The translations under genes were made by a program, and so were the position numbers. From Octopus bimaculoides (lineage: Eukaryota), in contig NC_068988.1 in assembly GCF_001194135.2 (NCBI RefSeq), forward strand, positions 50,062,274 through 50,103,498: DNA of 41,225 nucleotides. The letters run 5' to 3'. Shown piece by piece: positions 1-11,482 of this stretch. The notes under the pieces were generated by a model, which saw nothing but the letters and a program-made list of their open reading frames with translations, searched no databases and had not been told where the DNA came from. Numbering within the stretch: the first letter of the stretch is position 1; every line of letters begins with the position of its first letter.

Positions 1-960
1 CAAGACGCCATTATGGTTCGTCAAAGACCGTATAGTGGAACTATTTCCTTGCCGAGCTTCCACCACTCGGGCCCATCTAGCGGCCTTGATTCCTTCACTT
101 CCCATCGCACGTAACTTAGCTCTGGCAATACTTCCCATGTGTTGGGATTCAAGATGCTGGTTTAAGTCCAGTCTTTTCACCTTCACTTGGTCCACATTGC
201 CAGTCCTCCAGGCTTCTTCTAGTTCCTTAACTATACCATCTCCTATTCTACGTCCCTTCTTAGCTAAACTTATGCTAAACCTAATAGACTCATATTTGAT
301 GGCTCTTTTTAGGGCGTACCACCATTTGTTATTAATGATGGTACCTGTCAATGCCCTCTGTATTAACATATTGATCCGCTTTTTGTATTCCTCAATCACC
401 AAAAGGGACGTATTGAGTTTCCAGTAGCCAGATCCCTGACTATGTAACTTATCTATTGTCAGTTAACAGGTAACCATCTTGTCGTCACTGTAGCTGACTA
501 GAAAAAATTGTGGACACTTAGCTATAGACTTATCTGTTTCTCTAATTAAAATCCTATCTAGATATGTTCTGGTAGACCCGTCACTACTTGACCACGTCCA
601 CTGTGGAGTGTTCGGGTGTTCCAACTTATATGGGTTTGCTAGCTGAAAGTGACTTAGCAGATCCCGTAAGCCGGGGTTACATTTTCTGTTCGTGTTCGAG
701 CCAACACAATCTGTGTGTGCCTCACATATTGTGTTAAAGTCTCCTAACAATACTAGCGAATGCGACGTGGCCAGGAACTTGCCCAGGTCACGAAAATATT
801 CACTTTGCGGGCCCATAATATTGGGTGCATAAATAGCAACGAGCCTGATTATCTTGCCACAACTGAATGTCAGGTCAAGAACGACCAGCCTGCCTTCTGG
901 ATCAGAAAAAGTCAACTTTTTCTCGGTTACCCGGTTTCTTTTTAGTAGGACCAACACCCC
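1..960 (-). pseudogene. LINE ORF2 fragment: apurinic-like endonuclease plus EN-RT linker, disrupted
   Basis: Motifs GRLVVLDL, LVAIYAPN, VLLGDFN, WTWSS..TYLDRILI. In-frame TAA at 463-465, after which the same frame continues (LTIDKLHSQGSGYWKLNTSLL...NKWWYALKRAIK...) to the window edge. Catalytic SDH reads SDD (codon 481-483). Confidence 0.88.
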
Positions 961-1220
961 NNNNNNNNNNNNNNNNNNNNNNNNNNNNNNNNNNNNNNNN
1001 NNNNNNNNNNNNNNNNNNNNNNNNNNNNNNNNNNNNNNNNNNNNNNNNNNNNNNNNNNNNNNNNNNNNNNNNNNNNNNNNNNNNNNNNNNNNNNNNNNNN
1101 NNNNNNNNNNNNNNNNNNNNNNNNNNNNNNNNNNNNNNNNNNNNNNNNNNNNNNNNNNNNNNNNNNNNNNNNNNNNNNNNNNNNNNNNNNNNNNNNNNNN
1201 NNNNNNNNNNNNNNNNNNNA

Positions 1221-2193
1221 ATATAGACTTATTAAAGTCCAGTCTCATAGATGATACTGACTTACAGTGTTTGTTTTGTAAAATTCTATGAGTCTTATTT
1301 GAAACTTCATACACGTCATAATTGTTGAATTTCTCCGAAAGGTTATCTATTTTTTTTGCAGTCTTAATTAATTGAATGTCTCTCATTAGTTCAGTATCTT
1401 TACTGTATACGGCTATTATGCCTTTCTCCTCTTTTTCTCTTCTTGCAGTCTTTTTTGGTCGTTGTTCTGTAGTAGTCGCCATTCTCGGTTGAGCTGCTGA
1501 TTGTATTTTTCTTTTGTTTGTTGTTTTCTTCTCGTCGTTTTCTTCTTTTTCCTCTTTTTCTTCTTTCTCCTATTCCTCGTCTTCTTCATTTTCCTTGCAG
1601 TTCCTTCGAATGTGGCCTAATCGGCCGCACAAAATACACCGGAGTTTTCGACCCTCAACAAACACCGCCAGGTTCTCCTCTCCTATCTGAACCGTCTCGG
1701 GAATTGCTTCGATTATTTTTGGGTCAGCTTGGATAATGAGACTAACTGATTGACCAGTCCAGTGAGGGTTTTCGATAACGGCAGCCTGGAGGAGGGTAAT
1801 TTTCTCTTCCTCTTTGACTAGGACTGCCTCCACCACCCACATAAGATCCACGTCCGGTGGGACCCTTGTTATATTAATTCTGGACGTTCTCATCCCGATA
1901 TAGGTGGGGATGAGCACCACGTCTTCCGTTTTTAGAGTCTCTACGGAATGCTTTTGTGCCATTTCCTTGTTGGCAAACATTACTTCCACTGTACCAAACT
2001 TCTTTCCTCTTGTCACATACACAATGTCGCTCCATATTTCCTTCAAACACCGTTCAATCTTCTCTTCTGTAAATCTTTCGATTTTTCTCTTTTGTACACA
2101 ATAAGTTTTAAAAATTATTGTTTTCTGCTTTTTATCTTGCAAAAATTGCTCCGGTTGTTGTATTTGAACCACGCTATCTTTCACTTCCATCAT
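1221..2193 (-). pseudogene. LINE ORF1 (gag-like, CCHC zinc knuckle) with one premature stop
   Basis: CILCGRLGHIRRNC knuckle. TAG at 1570-1572 lies in a Glu-codon run and the frame continues through EKEEKEE...MATTTEQRPKK to the gap at 1220. Probable start is ATG ATG at 2193. Confidence 0.82.
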
Positions 2194-2843
2194 TTTTTTA
2201 TATTTTATGTAGTCCGACTTGTTCGTCGACAGCTGCCGGGTTCGACCCCCAGCTGCCAACGCNNNNNNNNNNNNNNNNNNNNNNNNNNNNNNNNNNNNNN
2301 NNNNNNNNNNNNNNNNNNNNNNNNNNNNNNNNNNNNNNNNNNNNNNNNNNNNNNNNNNNNNNNNNNNNNNNNNNNNNNNNNNNNNNNNNNNNNNNNNNNN
2401 NNNNNNNNNNNNNNNNNNNNNNNNNNNNNNNNNNNNNNNNNNNNNNNNNNNNNNNNNNNNNNNNNNNNNNNNNNNNNNNNNNNNNNNNNNNNNNNNNNNN
2501 NNNNNNNNNNNNNNNNNNNNNNNNNNNNNNNNNNNNNNNNNNNNNNNNNNNNNNNNNNNNNNNNNNNNNNNNNNNNNNNNNNNNNNNNNNNNNNNNNNNN
2601 NNNNNNNNNNNNNNNNNNNNNNNNNNNNNNNNNNNNNNNNNNNNNNNNNNNNNNNNNNNNNNNNNNNNNNNNNNNNNNNNNNNNNNNNNNNNNNNNNNNN
2701 NNNNNNNNNNNNNNNNNNNNNNNNNNNNNNNNNNNNNNNNNNNNNNNNNNNNNNNNNNNNNNNNNNNNNNNNNNNNNNNNNNNNNNNNNNNNNNNNNNNN
2801 NNNNNNNNNNNNNNNNNNNNNNNNNNNNNNNNNNNNNNNNNNN

Positions 2844-3078
2844 CCTATTTCGTTATTGCCCACAAGGGGCTAAACATAGAGGGAACAAACAAGAACAGAC
2901 GAACGGATTAAGTCGATTACATCGACCCCAGTGCGTAACTGGTACTTAATTTATCGACCCCGAAAGGATGAAAAGCAAAGTCGACCTCGGCGGAATTTGA
3001 ACTCAGAACGTAACGGCAGACGAAATACCGCTAAGCATTTCGCCCGGCGTGCTAACGATTCTGCCAGCTCGCCGCCTT
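2844..3078 (-). mobile_element. tRNA-derived SINE, family A (head GGCGGCGAGCTGGCAGAATCGTTAGC), near full length
   Basis: A-box TGGCAGAATCG, B-box GAGTTCAAATT, central TTTCATCCTTTCGGGGTCGATAAA; many homologues in the window; resembles described octopus tRNA-SINEs (from memory). Confidence 0.92.
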
Positions 3079-3110
3079 AAGAACTACGAAATATTGGTTC
3101 TTAAATATCT

Positions 3111-3400
3111 GACTGTGAGGTAAGAAGCTAGCTTTGCAACCACGTGGTTTCTGGTTCAGTCCCTTTGCGCGGTATCTTGAGCAACCCTGGATCGACTAAT
3201 GCTTTGTGAGTGAATTTGGTAGACGGAAACCTGTCGAGCCTTGTATGTATGTGTATGTGTGTTTCTACCCACACTGCTTGACAACCGGTGTTGGAGCGTT
3301 TACGTCCCCCTTAACTTTAAAGATAAGTACTGAGATCGATTTGTTTGACTAAATCCTCTAAGGCGGTGTCCCACCGTGGTCTCGGTCCAAATGCAAAAGA
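3111..3400 (+). mobile_element. Degenerate SINE, family B
   Basis: Collinear with 15764-16170 (GGTTCAGTCCC, TTGTGAGTGAATTTGGTAGACGGAAAC, GCTTGACAACCG, TTTACGTCCCC). Confidence 0.8.
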
Positions 3401-4329
3401 TAAATATATGTTTTTGTCTTAATCAAATATATAACTTTTGTCACGTGAGATTAATTAATTAACAAGCATTTTAATTTGCGCCTCATAATTCTAATTTAAA
3501 ACCTTTTGAGAAGCGAGCAAGATATCAAGTTTAGTTGTTTCCTATATTTTCTTAAAGTCAGAAAGTTTGAGAGGGAGAGTAAACTTGTGTCTCTACTGTG
3601 TTTAAGACAGATTCGGCATCAGTATCTGCCATAAACCTCTCGCAGAAGCAGAAGAAAGTGGTTCCTCATAAAGTGCATGGATATATGATGACCATCTCTG
3701 CTAAAAATAATCGAGAAAAGGTTTAATTTTTATGAAGCAGAACTGGTGACATTTATTACCTCTAGCCACTCATCAATATACTCCTATCACTGGCTCGAAG
3801 ACCTGCACCTCCTCACTCGTCGTCCACCACGATTTCAATACTTCCACAATTTCAATGCTCCCCGGCACTGGCTGGTCTGGCACTACTTTCATTCAAGATC
3901 ATCTGCAAAGACCACGGGCCCATTCTCCTCAGTCACTTAACTTGATCGGAAAGCTGTTATCGAGCCGATAGCTAATAGCCCGTGATCTTACCTACCTTTT
4001 CTGCCCTTGTCGAGGCATTAATAACAAGTGTATTGGAGAATTGGTAAAGCATCATACGAAATACTTTGTGGTGTATAGTTACGTCTCTTTATGCTTTGAA
4101 TTTAAATTTCTCCAAAATCGACATTGTCTTTTATCTTTCTAATTTCCATAAATTAAGTATTAGTTAAGTATTCGACTACTAAGGCTCTCTGCAAAATTCG
4201 TGTAAGTATGCTAATAAAAGAAATTAGTGATAATAGTTGCATAATTTATAAAGGAAGGGATAGAAAGATTTGTAGCATTCGTAGTTTTCTTAAAGTTAAT
4301 AGTGACGTTAGAAATTATGTAAGAAACTC

Positions 4330-4511
4330 TACCTAGATGCGGGCTTAAGTTGGGTAGAACTCCCATTTATTTTGCTGCTAGTGCAATACTAATAACCAAC
4401 ATATTGAAAGGACGTGAAAGTTTATCTACAAATGATAGGATGAGCATTGATTTTACAATTTACGTTAGTCGCGAAATGTTTCCAAGTTTGATCCGAAATC
4501 GAGTCTCTAAA
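4330..4511 (-). mobile_element. Possible highly decayed PLE GIY-YIG fragment
   Basis: FRDSISDQTWKHFATNVNCKINAHPIICR*TFTSFQYVGY loosely fits the PLE pattern F.S..T..T.K....NCK...IY.I.C..C..QYVG. Contains stops. Confidence 0.3.
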
Positions 4512-5261
4512 CTAGATTTATTAAAAACTTCACTACGGCATTCGCCATGATAGTAGTGAAACCGCTGCGAAGTCGACAGCAATGACAGTTGCGATGATGA
4601 GGTCTGCGGTGATAAGACAATAATGAAATGAATAAAACATAGCAATGTTGCTCGGATAGGTAAGAATATCACAGTAGGAAAGTGTTATGAACGCTAGTTC
4701 TCTAGTAATATTGAGTCTCAAGACACCAAACCTTGTATCATATCAACATCAATGAAACATGATTGACGGAGGAGGAAACCAGACAGAACAGAAATGAACA
4801 ACCAAGGCATAGCTGTTAAATCATCGATATTGTGATAACTGGAGACAACTAGCATTAAGGAGCAGTGAACAAGATAAGTTGAGAAGTGTGATGAAGACGT
4901 CAAGTGTATGAAATACAGCCATAAGGTCACTAAAAAGAATTGATGTAATACTTGAAGTGATAGAATCTATAGTTAATTTGACATACGTTCGGTAAAAATA
5001 GAAATAAGAATTAAAACAGAATTACTGTTTGAAATTAATGCACTTTGTAAAATCCGAAATTTTGAAATAATTGTTTTGAAAGTGAAGGAGGTGTGCTGCA
5101 AATAAATTAATTAAATTAATTAATATAAAATAATATCATGAGAAAAACCATTGATTCTAATTCGCTTCCGTTTTCAATGATATTTGATACATCCTGAAAG
5201 CGAGAAAAATCATTGTCAAAAATAATAGTGCTTGTCATTGTAACTTTTCTATCAAGATTGT

Positions 5262-5385
5262 CTGATTGGCAAAATCATTGGAGTGTAATTGTCCTGATTG
5301 TTTTTCGTTCTGAGTTCAAATCTCACCTAGATCAACTTTGTCTTTTATCCTTCGAGGTCGATAATTTAGAATACCGATCAAATAT
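5262..5385 (+). mobile_element. Degenerate family A SINE fragment
   Basis: CGTTCTGAGTTCAAATC...TTTTATCCTTCGAGGTCGATAA. Confidence 0.7.
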
Positions 5386-5693
5386 TGAGTTCGATGCAAG
5401 CTTTGACCTTAATCTATATAAGGAATTATCAGTTTTACATCAAATTCATCAAGTACACTTTGAAGAAGAAATAAGAGCAGTAAAGGAAGAGTTGTCCTCT
5501 AGTAAATTTATAGAAAACTGGTTTTATAGTAGGGAGTCTAATTTGATGGGATAGGCTTACTCGGAACAAGCAGCAAGAGGCTGAAGAGCAGAAATGACAG
5601 AAGGCAATTGTCCTAGTTAGTTAAACTAGTCCGAGACCTGCAGAGTCCCCCAGATGACCCAAGCAGAGCATTCACTTGTGGCTTTAAGATCTG

Positions 5694-5885
5694 AGTGGTA
5701 GATTAGCAGAAACTTTAGAAAATCAGACAAAACGGTTTTGCAGTATCTGTTTCAATTCTTTACATTAAGAGTTCAAATCCTGTCGAGGATAGCTTTGCTT
5801 GTCATGCATTCAAGGTTGGTAAAATAAAGCACCAGTAAGCTAGGAGAATCGATGGTATTGACTTACCCCTCCCTTTAAAAATGTT
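5694..5885 (+). mobile_element. Degenerate family A SINE
   Basis: TTAGCAGAAAC head, GAGTTCAAATCC B-box, AAAATAAAGCACCAG and CCCCTCCC..AAAATGT tail remnants. Confidence 0.65.
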
Positions 5886-5924
5886 AACTATGTGCTTCAA
5901 TTAGAAACCATTGTTGTTGTTGTT

Positions 5925-6217
5925 GCAGAATCGTTAGCACGCCGGGCGAAATGCTTAGCGGTATTTTGTCTTCCGCTACGTTCTGAGTTCAAATTCCGCC
6001 AAGGTCGACTTTGCCTTTCATTCTTTCGGGGTCGATAAATTAAGTACCAGTTACACACTGGGGTCGATGTAATCGACTTAATCCGTTCGTCTGTTCTTGT
6101 TTGGTCCCTCTATGTTTAGCCCCTTGTGGGCAATAACGAAATAGGTATTTTGTCTGCCGCTACGTTCTGAGTTCAAATTTCCCTGAGGTCGACTTCGCCC
6201 TTCATCCTTTCGGGGTC
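5925..6217 (+). mobile_element. Family A SINE, young, followed by a tandem partial second unit running into a gap
   Basis: About 8 mismatches in ~220 nt versus the reverse complement of 2844-3078. The body restarts at GGTATT (~6144). Confidence 0.92.
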
Positions 6218-7360
6218 NNNNNNNNNNNNNNNNNNNNNNNNNNNNNNNNNNNNNNNNNNNNNNNNNNNNNNNNNNNNNNNNNNNNNNNNNNNNNNNNNNN
6301 NNNNNNNNNNNNNNNNNNNNNNNNNNNNNNNNNNNNNNNNNNNNNNNNNNNNNNNNNNNNNNNNNNNNNNNNNNNNNNNNNNNNNNNNNNNNNNNNNNNN
6401 NNNNNNNNNNNNNNNNNNNNNNNNNNNNNNNNNNNNNNNNNNNNNNNNNNNNNNNNNNNNNNNNNNNNNNNNNNNNNNNNNNNNNNNNNNNNNNNNNNNN
6501 NNNNNNNNNNNNNNNNNNNNNNNNNNNNNNNNNNNNNNNNNNNNNNNNNNNNNNNNNNNNNNNNNNNNNNNNNNNNNNNNNNNNNNNNNNNNNNNNNNNN
6601 NNNNNNNNNNNNNNNNNNNNNNNNNNNNNNNNNNNNNNNNNNNNNNNNNNNNNNNNNNNNNNNNNNNNNNNNNNNNNNNNNNNNNNNNNNNNNNNNNNNN
6701 NNNNNNNNNNNNNNNNNNNNNNNNNNNNNNNNNNNNNNNNNNNNNNNNNNNNNNNNNNNNNNNNNNNNNNNNNNNNNNNNNNNNNNNNNNNNNNNNNNNN
6801 NNNNNNNNNNNNNNNNNNNNNNNNNNNNNNNNNNNNNNNNNNNNNNNNNNNNNNNNNNNNNNNNNNNNNNNNNNNNNNNNNNNNNNNNNNNNNNNNNNNN
6901 NNNNNNNNNNNNNNNNNNNNNNNNNNNNNNNNNNNNNNNNNNNNNNNNNNNNNNNNNNNNNNNNNNNNNNNNNNNNNNNNNNNNNNNNNNNNNNNNNNAA
7001 TAATGGAAACAGCTATGCTATTCCGTTAAGTTAATTTCTTTAACAGAAAATTCCCTGGTCCCATTGGACTCTTCTACACAGGACTCTTATTGTAAACAAT
7101 ATTTGAGAGGACATTTCATAAAATTTCATACAAAGACATTAATTAGTGAATGCCGTTTAGGTGGGTGAGTGGTGTTATGGCGTATGGGATGAATGCTGTG
7201 ACTTGGTTTCTGCTAAAGTTATTTGCATCCTGTACACAGAAAGAACAACATTAACTTACAGAAAAGCACTCAATCATGCATATGTATGCTCTGTGTGTGT
7301 GTGTGCGTGTGTGCGTGCGTGCGTGCGTGCGTGTATGAAGTTGTATATTAGTAATTGTCT

Positions 7361-7548
7361 TTTCCGCTAAAGGCACAAGGCCTGGAATGTTGGAGTCGGA
7401 ATTAGTCTTATCTGGTACTTATTTCATCGACCCTGGAAGGATGAAAGGCAAAGGCGACCTTGGCGGAATTTGAACTCAGAATGTAAAGACTGTCGAAATG
7501 CCACTAAGCATTTTGTCTGGCATACAAATGGTTCTGCCAGCTCACAGC
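7361..7548 (-). mobile_element. Family A SINE with alternative (AGGCCTTGTGCC) tail
   Basis: Head, B-box and central domain as in family A; tail as in 10152-10608. Confidence 0.85.
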
Positions 7549-7622
7549 ATTGTATATATGCAATGATAAGATTATGTGTGCATATGTGCGTGTGCGCGTG
7601 TGCGCGCGCGTGTGTGTGTGTA

Positions 7623-7665
<43 letters not shown>

Positions 7666-8699
7666 GCATAAAAAAATACATGTGATTATGTGTGAGCATA
7701 CATGTATGGATACATGTATAATTTTAAAATGATGCCTATTTTCCCGTTGCTCCCGTTTCCCCTTCCTCTACATTTTTCCATCTAACTTTTTGACGAACAA
7801 CTTAAACACGAAACGTCAAAGATACTTTCATTGAGTATTAAACGAAATAATCATAACTTGTTTTCAGTTTAGCTCACATGGTGTCGTTCTCGTCATTAAG
7901 TTTAACCCCACACATCACACACATGTGTGTATGTATGTATTTATATACGTACGTCGGTATTCTTTTATATGTTTCAACCCTAAGTTTGTGGCCATGGTGG
8001 GGCACCACCAGTGGTATATATATATATATATNNNNNNNNNNNNNNNNNNNNNNNNNNNNNNNNNNNNNNNNNNNNNNNNNNNNNNNNNNNNNNNNNNNNN
8101 NNNNNNNNNNNNNNNNNNNNNNNNNNNNNNNNNNNNNNNNNNNNNNNNNNNNNNNNNNNNNNNNNNNNNNNNNNNNNNNNNNNNNNNNNNNNNNNNNNNN
8201 NNNNNNNNNNNNNTATATATATATATATATATTTCGCATCATCAGAATAAAGTAATAGATAATAATGGCGTGTTGTTTGTTCACTTTACAGTAAGTCATA
8301 AATTATCATGAAAATAATTTTATAACTGATAAAACTATTAATGTTGGAATTTGAACTATATAACAATCAGCAGTTAGTTCAGAAAATAAGCGGAAATTTC
8401 CTGTGACAAATGCCTCAGAGTCACCAGTGGAATGTATCCGAACAACATAGATGAATAAAGTTATATTAAATAACATACAAAATATACTTTTGAGTTATTG
8501 AAACTATTTCTGCTTCCAGAGGAGGCAATGGAATGTAGGTTATATGTATGTATGAATGTATGTATGTATGTATGCATGCATGTATCTATGCATGTATCAT
8601 CGTGATGAAGCGACAATATATTAGAATAGGTGTGTGTGTGTGTGTGTGTGTGGGTGTGTGTGTGTGTGTGTGTGCAATCATACATACACATACATACAA

Positions 8700-9005
8700 T
8701 AGGGATGCATATTACGAAGGCAATGAACTAAAACAAAAAGACAACAAAAGAGAGACAAATTTAAACAGATATTGTATTAGTTCAATGCATAAAAAAGTAG
8801 TAAAAGACTCTTGACGCTTCGGACGCAAGTCCTTCTTCAGAAAAAAGTAAAGGATGAATGTGAAAGAGGAAAAGTGGTTGATATAAAAAAGGGGGGACAG
8901 GTTAAGAGTCAGGTAGGAATCCGATTCTATAGAGGTAGTTAAGAAGGGGTGGGAAGGCCGGGGTGTATCACGTATCTATACTTTGAGATGAGCATGAGGA
9001 GGAAT

Positions 9006-9052
<47 letters not shown>

Positions 9053-9550
9053 AGGCGTGCAAGTATGGAAGTATTATAGGGTGGGTTAGTGAACGTGTGC
9101 AATGTTGATGTGTGTCTAATCGTAAGTATCCAAGGAGAAAGAGCGGAAATAAGGAGACGACAACAAGTACACGCGTAAGGTAAGAAGGAAGACGGGAGGA
9201 ATGTGGGATATGTTACAAATGTATTGGATGAATCCGAATACAAGCCAAGTCAACAGCTGGAATCTATGAGTCACATTTCTTTGGCAAGGTAGGGCCGATA
9301 ATTTTCCTCTTCCGCTCCTTGGGGGCATTGACAAAAGAATGATGTGGTGGACTTCATCTGAAAGATTTGACGACAGGTATTTCCCTCTTTGGTCAACTTC
9401 TTCAAATACCACTTGAAGAGAATTTTATTTCAGCATAGCAAATTAATGCAACACTCATTAATTGCACAATGTTCCCACTGCTTATGGCTGAGAAGGACTC
9501 GGCCAGCAATAATCTTGATTAGAGACATTTCAACACAATCAGCAGCAGCC
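8700..9550 (-). mobile_element. Penelope-like element remnant (decayed endonuclease C-terminus, 3' region, hammerhead-bearing pseudo-LTR)
   Basis: Hammerhead core at 8808-8845 lies downstream of weak coding traces (EIPVVKSFR*SPPHH, compare PLE PVA.HF...H). Boundaries approximate. Confidence 0.5.
8808..8845 (-). ncRNA. Minimal type I hammerhead ribozyme motif (GAAA box mutated)
   Basis: UUUUU-CUGAAGA-A-GGAC(UUGC)GUCC-GAAG-CG-UC-AAGAG. Stem II is 4 bp; stem I is UUUUU/AAGAG. Confidence 0.7.
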
Positions 9551-10151
9551 GGTATTTTTTTTTTTTTTTTTTTTTTNNNNNNNNNNNNNNNNNNNNNNNN
9601 NNNNNNNNNNNNNNNNNNNNNNNNNNNNNNNNNNNNNNNNNNNNNNNNNNNNNNNNNNNNNNNNNNNNNNNNNNNNNNNNNNNNNNNNNNNNNNNNNNNN
9701 NNNNNNNNNNNNNNNNNNNNNNNNNNNNNNNNNNNNNNNNNNNNNNNNNNNNNNNNNNNNNNNNNNNNNNNNNNNNNNNNNNNNNNNNNNNNNNNNNNNN
9801 NNNNNNNNNNNNNNNNNNNNNNNNNNNNNNNNNNNNNNNNNNNNNNNACTTCTGCTACTACTAATGTTATTTTCTGCTTCCATCATCGTTGTCGAGGACA
9901 TTTTTGTTGTTGTTGTTTGCATATCTACGAAAAACTAAAGAAAAAAAAGGGTTTGCCAAACGATGATGTTCTTACATATGGAATTATTTATCTATCTGTA
10001 CATCTTGAAAGGCAAAGATATAATGTGTGTCTGGTGCGGTGGGTGTCTTTGGGGAGGAGCTGTTTCTTTGTCGAGGAGAACATTTGGGAATAGAGGAAGA
10101 AATATGTATTTATGTATTCCGCTTAATGTTATCATTATTATTATCATTATT

Positions 10152-10368
10152 AAAGCGGCGAGTTGGCAGAATCGTTAGCACGCTGGGCGAAATGCTTAGC
10201 GGCATTTCGCCCGTCTTAATGTTCTGAGTTCGAATTCCACCGAGATCGACTCTGCCTTTCATCCTTTCGAGGTCGATAAATGAAGTGTCAGTGAAACGCT
10301 GGGGTCGACGTGATCGACTTGTCCCCTCCCCAAAAATTTCAGGTCTTGTGCCTTTAGTAAAAAGGATT
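10152..10368 (+). mobile_element. Family A SINE (alternative tail), full length
   Basis: GCGGCGAGTTGGCAGAATCGTTAGC head, GAGTTCGAATTCC B-box, (ATT)n tail. Confidence 0.92.
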
Positions 10369-10386
10369 ATTATCGCTTTTATTGCT

Positions 10387-10608
10387 AGGCGGCGAGCTGG
10401 CAGAATCGTTAGCGCAGCGGACGAAATGCTTAGCGGTATTTCGGCTCTCGCTACGTTTTAAGTTCAAATTCCGGCGAGGCTGACTTTACTCTTCATCTTT
10501 TCGGGGTCGGTGAAATAAGTACCCTTTACGCACTGGAGTCGATATAATCGACTATCCCCCTTCCCCAAAAAATTTTCAAGGCCTTGTGCCTAGAGTAGAA
10601 ATAATAAT
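10387..10608 (+). mobile_element. Family A SINE (alternative tail), full length, head-to-tail with the previous copy
   Basis: AGGCGGCGAGCTGGCAGAATCGTTAGC head, AAGTTCAAATTCC B-box, GGCCTTGTGCC tail. Confidence 0.92.
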
Positions 10609-11264
10609 AATTATTATTATTGATGCTTAAATATTTGCGGCACTTGAGAGTGGAGGAGGAGTTGTATCTGTGACGCATTGTCTCAGTGTAAAACGTATAT
10701 TAACGCACCGATGTGCATGTGTGTGTGTACGTACGACGATGCATGTTTGTGTGTATGTGTGTATGGTCATAGTAATTTGGGGGATCAAATTTTTTGTCCA
10801 CATATATGTGCGTGCGTGTGTCTACGTGTGTGTGTGTGTGTATGTGTATGTTTAAACATGAACGAGATTGAGTTTTGTATGTAGAAGATCTTGAATGAAT
10901 ATGGGTGTATATATGTGTGTGTGTACATGTGTGTGTGTGTATGTACACGGGTTTATGCATGTGTTCATGGGTGTATGTGTTTGTGTACGTACGTTTGCGT
11001 GTGTGTGTTAAGAGATGTTTTCGCTTTCCCCGCTTTGATCCTTCGATTTGTCTAGTGATTCATCTTGGGTTAAACTAATGTGAAACAACAACAGCATACG
11101 AGAATATATAGCATTAAGTATAAAACGAGAGCAGAAAAAGTAAAAAGCTAAAATGTATACCCTAACGCAAGCTTTTTGCAGTCTATTTGTATATGCATTT
11201 GTGTGTGTACAGTTGCACGAACGCCTGCGTACGTACTTTAAAATCTACATCTTTTTTTAGTATT

Positions 11265-11304
<40 letters not shown>

Positions 11305-11447
11305 TGTACAGGGAGACACACATACATACACACATACATACACACATATATATATGTCAACAACATTCTTGTATAAGAATGAGATATATATAGTCAATGT
11401 GTGTGTTTGTATGTTTGTCAATAACCTTCTTGTATAAGAATTATACT

Positions 11448-11482
<35 letters not shown>

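Larger units (their letters stand above)
1..2262 (-). mobile_element. Tx1/L1-clade non-LTR retrotransposon, 5' part (ORF1 + ORF2 endonuclease and linker), truncated by window edge and gaps
   Basis: ORF1 with CX2CX4HX4C knuckle followed by an APE endonuclease with L1/Tx1-type motifs and the post-EN motif GSGYWKLNTSLL. Both ORFs carry premature stops. Confidence 0.9.

Noticed and set aside
35-427. 130-aa plus-strand ORF
   Set aside because: Antisense shadow of the LINE ORF2 frame on the minus strand.
1948-2949. Long ORFs spanning N runs (also near 9.5, 14.5, 18.4 and 26.9 kb)
   Set aside because: Length comes from N codons.
3750-3970. Tc1-like words (FIQD...HSPQSLNLIG)
   Set aside because: D-to-E spacing is about half of that expected and there is no other support; region left unassigned.
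4533-4960. Hydrophobic minus-strand frame with GPCR-like words (SYCDIL, VIAVDF)
   Set aside because: Three stops, and TM2-TM3 spacing is about 20 residues too short; composition is low-complexity.
5213-5554. 113-aa ORF
   Set aside because: Runs through a decayed SINE; no recognisable domain.
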